A stretch of DNA of 64,000 nucleotides, taken from positions 13,183,972 to 13,247,971 of the forward strand of contig CM119266.1 of NCBI GenBank assembly GCA_051294375.1, written 5' to 3'. The notes under the pieces are model-generated. The model was not told where the DNA came from. It did not search any database and worked only from the letters and a program-made list of their open reading frames with translations. The translations under genes were made by a program, and so were the position numbers. Positions 38,801 to 57,744 of this stretch are shown here, piece by piece (the first letter of the stretch is position 1; every line of letters starts with the position of its first letter). Source of the stretch: Paraspadella gotoi (taxonomy: Eukaryota > Animalia > Chaetognatha).

Positions 38801-41058
38801 ATTTTTTGGGTTTTTTTAAATCTTCGTCGCCTCCAACGTTTAAATCCTATTTTTTAATGTTCGTTCTTTCCTCCTTTTTTACGCTTATTCCTCCCTGAGT
38901 TCATTTTCGTAATGTTTTTCTCATTTCTTCCTAATTTCTCCCTTTCAGTTTCGCAATTTTATAAAAAGGAGACATTTGTTAATTTTGTGTATGTCAAAAT
39001 CTTCCTTTTTTTAATTTTCAACAACTTCCTCTTTTCTCTTTTATGTCTTGATCTCTTTTTTGTTTTTAACATTAATTTTCCCATCTTTTTTTTACGTTTT
39101 CTTTATTCCATTAACTGTCGTGACAAATTATTTTCTTTCTAGCAAAAATATTATTCATTTCTTTGTTTACACTCTTTTGTTTCCATTTCTGCATGGACTC
39201 ACATTTTCTTTTTTTTTTCTTTTTTCCTTTTTGTTTTTTCTTTCCGCTAATCTCCTTTTCCCCTTTTTTTTCCCGTGCTCCCTCGCGCCTTCAGGAGCTT
39301 TCTCCTTCCTGGCGTTTTTTCCTCTTCTGCAGGCGCCGTTCTGTCACTCTTTCTATTTTTATTCGTCTGCCCCTAAAAAAGAAGAAAAAAATAAATAAAG
39401 GAAAAAAAAAGGATTTCGTCGTAATTCTTTGTCACAGAAAATTAATGGCGTGAGAAAAGAAATTTCTTATTTTTCGTCTGCAAAGTGCGATGCCAAGTGC
39501 CCGTTGCACAGCACACCATAGGAACAGACTCGTAATGTTTTATTACCGACTCGCGCCAAAGTAAGTCAATTGAATTAAACTGCGAGCCTCCACATTTTCT
39601 TTCATCCCTTTCTCTTTTTTTTGCTCCTCTTTTAGTTTGTTTCTTTATTGTTCCATTATTTTTATTTTGCATATATATAAGCCCGTATTTTCAAGAGGTC
39701 TAACCCCAAGTCACCTTGTCTATTCGCGCAACTGTCAACCCTTAACTTAAACGCAAAGCACCTGTCATCTCCGTCGGCGTCGCGGTCACCAAACGACGTT
39801 CGCTTCGCATAAGCCCGCGCGCCCTAACACATACGTACGTACTGGCGGTCGCGCCGGGCGCGTGAATTCTCGCGAATTCGCGTTTCCGTCCGATCGCGCG
39901 CTCGGCGCTCGTTTTCGGTTACATTATTTCCTCTTGCGAGATTTCGGCCTCGAGATATAAATCGACGCCGCGCCGAATGGTCGCGCAGAATGGCGTCGCA
40001 TTATCGTCCCGCCTCTCGGAATGAAGGAAAGTGTAGATTTTATTTGATAAAACATTTCATCGGTCAATTCTTGCCAGGTTTAGCCTAGTTTTGCCCTAAC
40101 ATAGTTTAGAAATTCCTGATCAAAAATCGAGCACTACCCTCGAGAGTCTCGGCCAACATTATTCAATGTTTTTGCCAATCAGTTAATAAACATTTTTATA
40201 GTGAAATATTCTTTATTCATTTTTTCTTCCGCACCATGAAAACGCTCTTCATTCACAAACGCCCAGCTGCTCTTCGCGAAGATGTAACCAGTGAAATGTG
40301 AAAAAAATCCAATCAAGTCGACGTTAACAGCTGCGCCGACAATTGTCTCTCGTCGGTTTGTCGGGGCGTTAAGCATCATGCCGTCGACGCCTCTGCCGAT
40401 GTATAGACATCGAATCTCACAAACGAATCGATGCGTTTCTTTAGTGACATTAAAGTCACCATCCGTGACGAGTTTTCTGTTTTGTTTTGTTTTGTTTTGT
40501 TTATATTTTTCTTCTTTTATCATTTTTTTTCTACGGAGGATGGTTTTCGAGTGGATGATCTCTCAACGATGCGACAACCCCATTTCGCAAAATGTGAATT
40601 TCTTCGATGGCTGCACGTATCGCTTTATTTTATGTATTTTATGTATTTTTTTGAGCAGCCGGAAGAAAGATTACCCCGGCGATGTCAAATGCAACTGGCA
40701 CGGAGTGGAACGTGGTGTATTGCATAAACCCACAAGCTTATCGGGTTTCCCAGTGAAAAAACCTTTGCAAATTTTTTTTGTGAGTATTTTTTATTTGCTT
40801 ACTTTTTGCCCTCAACTCCACACACACACTCACAACACACACTCACAACACAAAAAAAAACCCGCACACAAGTCCTTATAAAATCTCGGTGTGCTTGTAT
40901 CGAGTCTCGATTGCGGATAATTGTCTTTGTTTCTCCCTCCTCCGATGGAACTGCTTGTAGATTGCTCCCGGTCGATTCCAGATTGGATTCTATGATTGCT
41001 TCTCAGCGAAGTCCCTAAATCCAATAAATCTCGCGGAGGGAAATGGAGGCCGTTTCCG

Positions 41059-41071
41059 GTTGCTAGGCAAC
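41059..41071. promoter_or_regulatory. RFX X-box motif GTTGCTAGGCAAC
   Basis: Palindromic CG-GTTGCTAGGCAAC-CG (41057-41073) ~280 bp upstream of the ATG at 41352. Nearby are CCAAT (~41021), TTCCGG and an E2F-like TTGGCGCGGGA (~41120). Confidence 0.6.
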
Positions 41072-41351
41072 CGTACTTTTTTTTCGATAATCCGAGGAAC
41101 CGGGCAGAGTTGTAGAAAATTGGCGCGGGAGTCAGATTAACGGTTTTTCTTGTTTTTTTGGTTTCGCCGAAAAATTCGAAGTTTCATTGTACCGTTTTTT
41201 TTTCAATGTTTTCCATTCGACTTTAAAAGAAAGGCGTTCCGTTTCTTAGGCTTTTTTGTTGTTTTATTTTTTTTTCTCGTTATTTTGTTTATTTTATGCT
41301 GTTTATTAGACCGCGCCAACTACCACCCGCTCACACAATATCCTAGCGCCA

Positions 41352-46845
<5,494 letters not shown>

Positions 46846-47256
46846 AACAGTAAAAGAAATGGTTGTTTCTAAAAGACTTGGCCAAATATATCATTTAGAA
46901 ATTCTTTTTTTTTGAAATTTTGAATGAAAAGGGGTCAAACGTATTTAAGTTATTTTAATATTAACTCGTGGCATGGCGCCGATGTTCTTTTGCTTTCCGT
47001 CGTTCGCCGAAAACCCTGAAGAACACGTTACTTGTTTCTTGTTATATTAAGCTGGCATTGAAGACAAACAAAAGATCAACGAAAGTTGTTATTGATTTTT
47101 TTTTTAAATTTAAAAGTTAACAATTTTATTGGTTGATTATTATTATTTTGAAAATAAGTTTAAGACGCAAATTCTTTTTATTTTAAAAATCAAACTCATT
47201 CGAACTCATGCCATAAATGCTATAAAACAAAGTTTATTGCCCTCATTTTGTCAGAT

Positions 47257-47328
47257 GCGTCAGTGGTGTAATGGTTAGCATAGTTGCCTTCCAAGCAGTT
47301 GATCGGGGTTCGATTCCCCGCTGACGCA
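47257..47328 (+). tRNA. tRNA-Gly (TCC)
   Basis: GCGTCAG/CTGACGC acceptor stem, anticodon loop CTTCCAA, T-loop GGTTCGATTCC, no encoded CCA, downstream T-run Pol III terminator. Confidence 0.97.
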
Positions 47329-47461
47329 GTTCTTTTTTTAGCCATGTATCCTCAAACAGAATTCATTTTTGAACTAAGTTATTTAGTAATTTTTTTGACA
47401 TTTTAGAAATTTTAAAATTTATATGATTACAACTTAGCTACACAAAATATATCACAAAGAA

Positions 47462-47520
47462 AGATCAGTGGTGAAATGGTTGTCTTCCAAGCAGTTGATC
47501 ACGGCTTGATTCTCCGCTAC
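47462..47520 (+). pseudogene. Degenerate tRNA-Gly(TCC) pseudogene
   Basis: tcagtggtgaaatggtt[9-nt deletion]gtcttccaagcagttgatcacggcttgattctccgct. B-box and acceptor stem are broken. Confidence 0.8.
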
Positions 47521-47544
47521 ACAAAACGTAAAAAATCCAGGGAA

Positions 47545-47616
47545 GCGTCAGTGGTGTAATGGTTAGCATAGTTGCCTTCCAAGCAGTTGATCGGGGTTCG
47601 ATTCCCTGCTGACGCA
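47545..47616 (+). tRNA. tRNA-Gly (TCC)
   Basis: Same as 47257 except one T-stem C>T giving a G-U pair. TTTT downstream. Confidence 0.95.
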
Positions 47617-48175
47617 ATGCTTACTTTTAGTGTTGTTTAAAAAAAATAGTATTCATCCAAAAACTTTTGAGTTTGAATATAAAAACTAAAATGGTTCAAA
47701 AGATTGAAGTAACAGTAACATTTCCGGCGAGGTTGAAGAGGAGAAGAAATGACGCTGGCATTGGCAGGTCTTGGCGGCCGGCCGCGGCCCTGGCGGCGGC
47801 GGCAGCGGCGAGCGAGGGGGTCGAAAGTGACCTGTTTCTCCTTCTCGGCGGCGGCTTTTGAGAAAGCGCAATTTGTCCGTCATCTTCTGGCGCCCGACGG
47901 CATCGTCGTCATCGTCGTCGTCGTCGAAGCGTTTGACGAATCCGCGGTAATGGAGTGTGAAGCCAGAAGGAGAGACGGAAGGAGAGAAGGCCGAAGAGAA
48001 TGATGCCATCTCAGAATCGATGGCTTCGTCGCCGCGGGGGCTTTTGTCTTGTGTTGTTCATTCCTTTCTAGAATGATTCTAACTTATTAGTTTAATAAAT
48101 TATCTCGCTTCTCTCTGACAATNNNNNNNNNNGCGATTCTTCAGTCGCTCTACGTAAACAACATGTCCAGATTAA

Positions 48176-48242
<67 letters not shown>

Positions 48243-49704
48243 AAATAATAATTTTATTTCATAAGCTTCCCCGAATTTCTTCTTCGCGCCCCACATTACA
48301 TTTTTTTTTTCGTAATAACTTTGGAAAAATATGATAGAGCAATATTTATTTTGCTGGTTCGATAAACTCGAAAATTCGAGACTCTAGCCCACGAATTTAA
48401 CATTTTTTTTTTTTTGGTTCTAATGTTTATCTTTCTTCGTCAATCGACGTGTTATATAGCGGGATAAACGTCCGCTCGGAAGCCTTGAATCAACAAAAAT
48501 CGTTTGGCTTATCTGGGGAGATGACGACGACGAAGACGACGACGATAACAATCACGAATACGATTAGTGACTCGGCAATTCCGGCCAGGACCGCAACCAT
48601 CTTCCCCAAGACGATTTCGTTCCCCGGAGAAGCTCGATCCCCGGGCGATGCCCTCGCGATCCCCCGGTCTCCCTTCCCTGGTCGAGTTGAAAGGTGGCGA
48701 CCATCTTGAAGATGATTAACGAGGCGCTGGGGGGATGATGACGATGATGAAGATGAATTGATGATGACGCAGCGATAAAATCGATGTGAAATGTGAACTC
48801 CTGGCGCATATGGGGTCTTCATGCAGATAGGATGACCGTTAATAACTTGACTGAACGTTTCTCAGTTCTTTCCCCCCCCCCCTTAAATTATCTAAAACTC
48901 GAAAGCTAAAAAATAACCGACCGACCGACCGACCGACCGACCAAGAACCTTTTTTAGAAACCGCATCTAAAAGATCCGTCTCGCGCACATGTGCGCCGCT
49001 CGAATTTCTCAAAGAAGTCGAAGGCGTCCGAGAGAAAAATCTGCGGGTGCTAACTTCAGCGAGAATTTTTTTTCGTGGTATAAAAAACACGAGATTCACC
49101 CGAAGTTCACAAACACAAAATCTACACTCGCGTTCACCTCAATTATGCGTCATTTCGTCCTCCCGAGGAGCGACAAAGCCGACGAGGACGCCCGACAATG
49201 ACGACGACAATGACGACGACAATGACGACGACGGAGCCGAACGACGTTCTCCCTTTTTCGTAGCACCTGCTTCAGGTTGCGACTGGGAGGCGAAAGAGGA
49301 GAATGATTGGAGAGATGGTGCTGGAGTAAAAGGAAGAGGAAGAGGAGAAGGAGGAGGAGGAAGAGGGGGCAGGAGGAGGGGTCGGCGGCTCAACTCCGAA
49401 GATCAAAAAACCTTCGCCGATGTCGAAATGATTCTCGATGAAAAATGAATATTTTTAACGACGAAAGAAAAAACAATCTTTCTTTTCTTTTTTTTTCTCT
49501 ATTTTTTTATTTTCTCAAAACGTGGGGATGGCATGGCGTCGTGTTTTTAGAGTCGGCGGCGGCGGCAACCGGCGGCGGCGGCGCGGCTAAGAGTTTCATC
49601 GCCGCCTGCTCGCCCGGCCGCCAGAGACTTTGTCGAAATGTTTATTCAGGATGGCGTTACATCGCCGAGATTTACACCTACTTTTCTTTTCCGCGAACTC
49701 TCTC

Positions 49705-49774
<70 letters not shown>

Positions 49775-50611
49775 CTCTCTCTCTCTCTCGTTTTTATCGG
49801 CTTTATACAAACAAGACTTCTCTTCAGATTATTTCTCATTTCACGTCAGCCACTTTTTTTTCTCTCTCTCTGTGAGGATTTTTCACGGATTTTTTTCGAG
49901 GGATAATCGTCGTGTCATTTGTCTTTGAGCTTTGTAACCGTTAAGCCTCACCTCCTCGTTCTCCTCCTCGTTCTCCTCCTCGTTCTCCTCTCCCCTCTCT
50001 TCCTCCTTCTCCTCCTCTTCCTCCTTCCATGGTTCCATAACGTCGAGACCGTCGGCAAAACTTCAAAGATCAAAGGAAAAAAGATTCCCTTAAGACGGAC
50101 CGATAGAGTAATTGTTTTTTTTTCAATGCTCTCTTTCTTTCTTTTTTTTATCTTTCTTTTTTTTATTTTCCGTTTTTTCTTTCTCTTTCCTCTTTGCCGT
50201 CCTTTTTCTTTTCTTTGTTTCCTGCTTTCTTTTTTCTTCTTTCTTTTTTTTTATTTTAAAATATCGCCTCGGGTCAGGATCGACTCGGTTTTTTTTTTCC
50301 TAAACAAATTTGAAACTTTCTCCTCTTTAGAAAACAAAACATTGGAAAATGGGACCCGAACGAATTCGAAGTTGGATTCACCACGTGACGGAATCCCTGG
50401 CGATGTGAAGTGAAGAGGTTTGGGAGGCCGTTAACGTGAAATGCTTTCACAGCGGAAAGGGGAGAAAAAATAGCTAAAACAATTTTTTTTTGAAATTTCC
50501 TAACATGTGAAAATTAAGAGGAAGTAAAGAAAAAAAGAAAAAAAAAGAAAGAAATAAAAAAGGGATATTAAAGAAAGAAAAGATAAGACACAAGACAAGA
50601 AAAAAGAAGAT

Positions 50612-50643
<32 letters not shown>

Positions 50644-50811
50644 AAAGAAAGAAAAGAGAAAGAAAAGAAAGAAAGAAAAGAAAGAAAAGAAATAGAAATA
50701 GAAATAGAAAGAGAAAAGAAGAAAAAAAAGGCCGAAACAAAGAAAGAAAGGCGATTGGATGGAAGAAGAGCATCGATAATTGCCAGAAGGCAGAAGAGAG
50801 AGAGAAAGAGA

Positions 50812-50866
<55 letters not shown>

Positions 50867-51544
50867 GAGGAGACGAGTGATGAGAAGATGAGAGAGAGAG
50901 AGACTGAAGGAGTGGGAGGAAGGTCCCTAATTAAACAAAACTCTATTTGTGTCCCGAATATGCAAATTGCTTTTAGAGTAAATAATTCGAGCGATTTTTT
51001 CGTGTAGACTATTTCGTCGGATTCGGAGAAGATGAAAGAGAATTTTTCTTTTTTATTTTCTTTTTTTTTTACTCCAAAAGAGAGCAACTTTCTTTTTATT
51101 TTTTATTTTTTCTTTTGCTTTTCATTTCATTTTTTTTTTTGGAGGGGGCTGGCGCTTGTTCAGTGGAGCGTCAAAATCGGTCGCCAGAGTTAAATTGCTG
51201 GAAGCGATCCCATGTACGAGTATTTTTTGGACAATCATGACGAACATAAACATTTTTTTAAAAATTCGATATTTTGGTAATTTGATTTATTGGTGAGGAC
51301 GTTGCCAGTCAAATTTAAAAAAAAACAAAACTTGATTTTATTTTAAAATTTGGCAAAGTCGCCCTCACATGACTTTGAAAGTTTTTCATAATATGAACTG
51401 CGACCCACAATATTACGCCGTTCAAAGTGCCAGACTTCGTAAACATTCATATTTTCAAATATATGCCGATTATGAAACTTTAATGAAAAAAGTTTTACTT
51501 TTTCTTTAAGAACCATTCTAGGTAAAACGATAAGCTAACCATGG

Positions 51545-51616
51545 GCGTCAGTGGTGTAATGGTTAGCATAGTTGCCTTCCAAGCAGTTGATCGGGGTTCG
51601 ATTCCCCGCTGACGCA
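51545..51616 (+). tRNA. tRNA-Gly (TCC)
   Basis: Identical to 47257-47328, followed by CTTTTT. Confidence 0.97.
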
Positions 51617-52383
51617 CTTTTTGAATTACCATAACGAAAAATTAGCCCCGCTTTTTTTTTTCATCAATTCTATCCAAAATCTTTCACAGAAAGCAGATTT
51701 GAAGAAAATGTGTTCTATTAAAAATACATACAAAATAAAATAGACTTTTTTCTTCTTCCTTTTTTTCCCTTTCATCCCTCAAAAAAAAAAAGAAAAAAAA
51801 AAGGGAAAAGACAAACACGTTCCAGTTTTCGAATTTTCTTAGGAGGTTAAAAAACTTTTGACAAGAGATACGCTTGTTCTGTTCTGTTCCAGATTCGACG
51901 TAACGATAGAAATTGAAAACGGGAAACGGGGATTCAGATGGGGGGGAGGTTGAGGGCCGTGGGGGTGAGTGCTGGGGGCGTTAGTGAGGGGTGAGGGGCG
52001 AACTTAGAGGGGAAAGAGATGTTCTGGGAAAAAGAAAATCCTTCGGGGAAAAAGGAGAGGGAAAAATGAAGGATCAAGAGTTGGAGAGATTTTCGGCGAC
52101 AAAAATAAGCAAAAACACAAGACAAGGAATGATTTATTAAACGGGGTCAACCGAGGTCGAAGTCACATATGAATTAGTATTTTATGTTTTTTAATTTTCG
52201 CAGTAGGCTATATTTANNNNNNNNNNNNNNNNNNNNNNNNNTCAGGGGAGGAAGTTTAGGATGGAAAGATGGAATGGAAATGGAATGAAATAAAAAAAAA
52301 GAAAAGAAAAGAGAGAAAGAAATAAAGGAAAGAAAGGAAAGAAAGAAAGAAAGAAAGAAAGAAAAAGAGAAAGAAGAAAGAAG

Positions 52384-52418
<35 letters not shown>

Positions 52419-53747
52419 GAAAGAAAAGAAAGAAAAGAAAGAAAGAAAAGAAAAAAAAAGAAAATTATTCAAGAACGGACGAATAAAATTTCTCTTTTTG
52501 TTTTTTCTTCGTGTTTTTTTTTTTTAAATTGGGTGAAAAGGGTTTAACCATTCGAGGGAAGGAAAAAACAATTTGGATATCGGCCCGGGAGGAGGCGAGA
52601 GGGAAAGATAGATCCCTCTCTCTCTCTCTCTCTCTCTCTCTCCCTTCTCTCTCTCTCCTCTCTCTCTCGTCTCTCTCTCTCTCGTATGCTCTCTCAATCG
52701 TTACCGAAAATTCCATCGAGAGATCTTAGATTTTCCATGTCGATAAAATGAGAATTAATTGACTCAAAAATCGCTGCTTAGCTTTTTTTGTTTTCTGCTC
52801 GAACGAGAACGAGTCATCAAAAACAAAAGGGAAAACGATTTTTTCCGTCTCATTTTTTCGTCCTCTTTAGTATTTATTTTTTACGCCTAGTCTAGTTTAA
52901 TGTTTTAGTTTTATAGTGCTTAAACAATGTTAAGTCGAATGCGTTAAAATTTAGATGAAACTTTTTTGTCATTCTAGCTTAGAAGCGCGATTATTATTAT
53001 GAGTTGCTTATTATTTCTTCGCTTAGCACCAGTTATCAGCACTTGTAGATATGACATATTCTCTATATGTTTTCGTTGTTTTTTAATGTTTTTATTCGTG
53101 CCTCCTCTTGTTCATACTTCTACCTCCAAACTCGCGTCTTGGTTTCTAGTTTCACATCCACGCATTGCTTGCTTCTCCGTGCGCCCCAAACAAACACAGG
53201 AAGGTAACACTTGAGGTAGTTCCTGGTTCGCTCGGCACAAAGAGCTCAGCGATGCTCCAATTTCGTCTATAAGCACCACATTTTCTGTGCATTTGCGGAC
53301 AACTTCCTGCCTGACGACGCACATTATTCTCCACAGACGAAGGTTTACCCGCGCACGGGACATCTTTATAAACTAGTTTCCAAATGCTAATTTTTATTTA
53401 GAATTTCACTCTGCTTCCTCTCTTTCTTTTAAGAGCTATGTATTTATATTATATGGGGTTTTCTCTAGTCTGCGTGTCACCAAGAATTTCTAACATTTAA
53501 ATCACTTAACGTGAACAATCTCTAAAAAAAAGTTGATGAGAACGAATCAGCTATGTTTAATATCTGGAATTGTTGAATACATTATCGTAATAGAAAATAA
53601 ATTTTACTAATAAATTTTATTATCGTAATGTCTGACGTCCAGTTAAGGTCCTACGTAGGCTCAGACTAAGAATTTACTACAGTTTCATGCTAAAACCGAA
53701 ATAAAATGTTTGTTAAATTTCAAAACAGTTTTTTCTAAATTTTTTTT

Positions 53748-53975
53748 GCAGATTTGGATTCGTCATAAAAAGTTGATCGAAGAAATATACTCTTTTTGAA
53801 AATTCCTTCTATTAAGTGGGTCAAAATTAGAAAAGCTATATTTTAAGCTGAAAATTAAATTTTATATATATTAAATATAGTTTTTTTTTAATTTTTAACC
53901 GCACTTTAATGAAGAATTTTTAAAATGATTTATATTTTCTTTTATCAAGCTTATTGAGCGAGGAATTCAAATTGC
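53748..53975. mobile_element. AT-rich palindromic MITE-like element (another copy at ~62650-62946, related half at ~45985-46090)
   Basis: gcagatttggattcgtc..aaaattccttctattaagtgggtcaaaattag..ctatatttt pairs with aaatatag..aatttttaaccgcactttaatgaagaattttt..gaattcaaattgc. Confidence 0.6.
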
Positions 53976-54215
53976 CAATGAAAATTTAATAAAAAGCCAT
54001 ATTTGAAAATATTTCGATTTTATAGAGGATAGTATATATTTATAGAATAGAGAAGAGGGATCTATCTTTCCCTCTCCGCCTCCTCCCGGGCGATATCCAA
54101 ATTGTTTTTCTTCCCTCGAATGTTTAACCCCTTTTCACCCAATTTAAAAAAAAAAACAGGAATGAAAAAACAAAAAGAAGAAATTTTATCGTCCGTTCTT
54201 GAATAATTTTCTTTT

Positions 54216-54258
<43 letters not shown>

Positions 54259-54724
54259 CTCTTTTTTCTTTCTTTTTTTTTCATTCATTCATTCATTCCA
54301 TCTTTCCACCCTAAACTTCCTCCCCGAAATCGTCGTCCAAACGTCAATAAATAACAATATAATAATAACCGAGTAATAAATAATCGATTTTNNNNNNNNN
54401 NNNNNNNNNNNNNNNNNNNNNNNNNNNNNNNNNNNNNNNNNNNNNNNNNNNNNNNNNNNNNNNNNNNNNNNNNNNNNNNNNNNNNNNNNNNNNNNNNNNN
54501 NNNNNNNNNNNNNNNNNNNNNNNNNNNNNNNNNNNNNNNNNNNNNNNNNNNNNNNNNNNNNNNNNNNNNNNNNNNNNNNNNNNNNNNNNNNNNNNNNNNN
54601 NNNNNNNNNNNNNNNNNNNNNNNNNNNNNNNNNNNNNNNNNNNNNNNNNNNNNNNNNNNNNNNNNNNNNNNNNNNNNNNNNNNNNNNNNNNNNNNNNNNN
54701 NNNNNNNNNNNNNNNNNNNNNNNN

Positions 54725-57632
54725 ATTTTTTTTAAGGATTGGAAGGAGGGGGGTGGACCAGTGGAGGGGGGGCGGTGGTTAAAAATGGGGTTAAAAAGGG
54801 TTCAACACTGCTTTCCTTCTTCCTTCTTTTTTCTTTCTTTCTCTTTTTTAAAGAGTTGTTTTTGTTGGAGTCTTAATTTGGTTTCACAATGGTTTATTTC
54901 TTTTCGGTTGTCGGCGTGCATGTTGGACTCTTAGCCGCTATGTCGTATTTTAGTCTTAGCCTAATTAACATTCATTATTTTCTAGTTACAGTCCTCTCAC
55001 AATCTCCTATTGAAAACCTCTCGAAATCATTTAAAACCAATTAAATACGGAGCAAAATTTTGCTTATTGTATAGCCTAAAATCTATAGTGAGCCACCCTT
55101 CATTTCCTTATTCGTTTCCCTTTATCCTTCTCCTCCTCTTCCTCCGCCTCACCTTCCGAAAATCCCCATTCTATTCCCAACTAATCTCCCTCTACCAGCG
55201 GCCCTCCCGTCCAACGCCTCGTCGACGTCCGACAAAACGTAAAACAACAACGACGACGACCACAACAATCATCGTACATCGGGATGAACAACATCACGAC
55301 GACAGATTCTGTCAAAACAACGAGCGACGGCCGATTCCGTGATCGACGCACCNNNNNNNNNNNNNNNNNNNNNNNNNNNNNNNNNNNNNNNNNNNNNNNN
55401 NNNNNNNNNNNNNNNNNNNNNNNNNNNNNNNNNNNNNNNNNNNNNNNNNNNNNNNNNNNNNNNNNNNNNNNNNNNNNNNNNNNNNNNNNNNNNNNNNNNN
55501 NNNNNNNNNNNNNNNNNNNNNNNNNNNNNNNNNNNNTCTCTCTCTCTCTCTCTCTCTCTCTCATTCCTTTCCAATCGAGGTGAGTCAGGAATGAGCCGAA
55601 CCCATCTTCATTCTCCATCGACGAGGTTCGCCTGTTTGGCCAAGGATCCTCCGAAGCCTCGGGATTTCTATCTCCGCGGGCAGCCACCGCTCCAGCGGCG
55701 CGGACGGGGGAGTTGGAAGGATTTAAGGGGAGGGTGAGGGAGAGCGAGAAANNNNNNNNNNNNNNNNNNNNNNNNNCGAGCAAGAAGTAAAGCATGAATT
55801 TCTAATTCTTTTCCCCGGTTCTACTGTTCCCGAAATAAGCAATTCTCGTTTCTGAGTGAAGAGAGAGAGGAGGAGAAGAGACGAGAGCAGAGAGCATGAG
55901 AAGAGAGAAGAACAGAAAACGCCGAGAGAAAGTGTGAAAGGAAGACCCCGCGAATAAGTTGAGACAAAGTTCACAGACTCAATTGACAGAAATACACGAA
56001 AACTGGAATCCCACGGCCAGGCAGAGTCCGAAGCGTGGGGCGATGGTCAGTAGAAACAAGAAACACTCGACAATTTTCTTCTTTCAAAACCTTCCCGCGA
56101 CATACAACGGTCGTACGAAATCGAGACGAGCCTTGGATATTTACCTCTATCTATCTTTTCTCTCTCTCCTCTCTCATCTCCTCTCTCTCTCTCTCTCATC
56201 ACCTCCTCTCTCTCTCGTTCTCGAAGCTCTCCGTCTCCTCTCTCTCTTCTCTCCTCTCTCTCTCACCATTTCTCTCTCTCTCTTCTCCTCTCTCTCCTCT
56301 CTCCTCCTCTCTCCTCTCTCTCTTCTCTCTCTCTCTCTCTCTCTCTCTCCACACTCTTTCTCGCACTTTCTTCTTCTTTTTGTTTTTTCTTCAAAGTTAC
56401 AACTTGTCTCTTCTTCCAATTTTTTTCTTTCTTTCTTCTTTCTTTCTCTTTCCTTTCTTTCTTTCTTCTTCTTTCTTTCTTCTTTCTTTCTTTCTTCTTG
56501 TCTTTTCTTTCTTTCTCCGCTCACTCCTCACCCTCCCTTAATCCTTTCCAACTCCCCGGTTCGCGCCGCCTGAGAGCCGTGGCCTGCCCGCGCGGAGTAG
56601 AAAATTCTCCCGAGGCTTCGGAGCGATCCTTGGCCAAACAGGAACGCGAACCTCGTCGATGGATATATGAGATTCGTAGGTTCGGCTCATATCCTGACTT
56701 CACCTCGATTCGTGAACAGCGCAGCTCATAGAGAGTGAAGGATCGAGGCAGAAGAGATTGAGATGAGAGACGAGCGACGAGTGAGAGAGAGAATGTACGG
56801 ACGAACTCGCATACAGAGATCCAGAGAGAAGAGAGAGAGATGGAGAGAGAAGAGAGACGATGAGAGAGAGAGAGAGAAAGAGAGAGATATGAATTTTGCG
56901 TAAAAAGATCTGGTCGATCTCAAAACTCGACTTGAAGAGGTTGTTCGGCCGCAAAAGGTGCGTCGATCACGGAATGCGCCTGTCGCTCGTTGTTTTTGAC
57001 AGATCTGTCCGTCGTGATGCTTGTTCATCCCTCGATGTACGATGTATTGTTGTGGTCGTCTCGTTGGTGTTTTACGTTTTGTCGGACGTCGACGATGGCG
57101 TTGGACGGGGAGGGCCGCTGGCATTAGGGAGAGATTAGGGATTAGAATAGGGTGGTTTTCGGAAGTGAGGCGGAGTAAGGAGGCCAGACATGAGAAGGAT
57201 AATAGGGAAACGAATAAAGGAAATGCTAAGGAGTGGCTCACTATAGATTTTTAGGCATACAATACAGCAAAATTTTGCTCCGATATTAATTGTATCTTAA
57301 ATTGATTTTCGAGAGCGTTGTGTTCGCAATAGGATATTGTGAGAGGACTGTAACTTAGAAAATATATGATAGTTTAATTACGATAGGCCTAAGGACTAAA
57401 ATACACATACGGCTAAGAGTCCAAACATGCACGCCGATCAAACGCAAAAGAAAATAAAACCCATGTGAAAACCAAATTAAGATCCAACAAAAAACAACTC
57501 TTCAAAAACAGAGAAAGAAAGAAAAAGAAGGAAGATAGGAAAGCAGGTGTGTTGACACCTCTTTTAACCCCATTTCTTAACCACCGCCCCCCTCCACTGT
57601 CCACCCCCCCTCCTTCCAATCCTTAAAAAAAA
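54725..57632. repeat. Inverted duplication 54725-55751 vs ~56505-57632 around a 25-N gap
   Basis: 54725-54790 matches the reverse complement of 57570-57632. 55570-55750 matches the reverse complement of 56510-56710. Indel-rich. Confidence 0.9.
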
Positions 57633-57744
57633 TTAGTTCTTCCACGTGAAACATGCGACGCGGAGCCCCTACTCTTGACGTGGTGGTGTTCACGGCCAAG
57701 AACAAAAAAACGGCGGCGGCAAGGGGGGCGGCATGAGAGGAGGG

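Noticed and set aside
53112-53363. 83-aa Cys-containing ORF
   Set aside because: No recognisable motif, and it is partly deleted in the duplicate at 62.2 kb.
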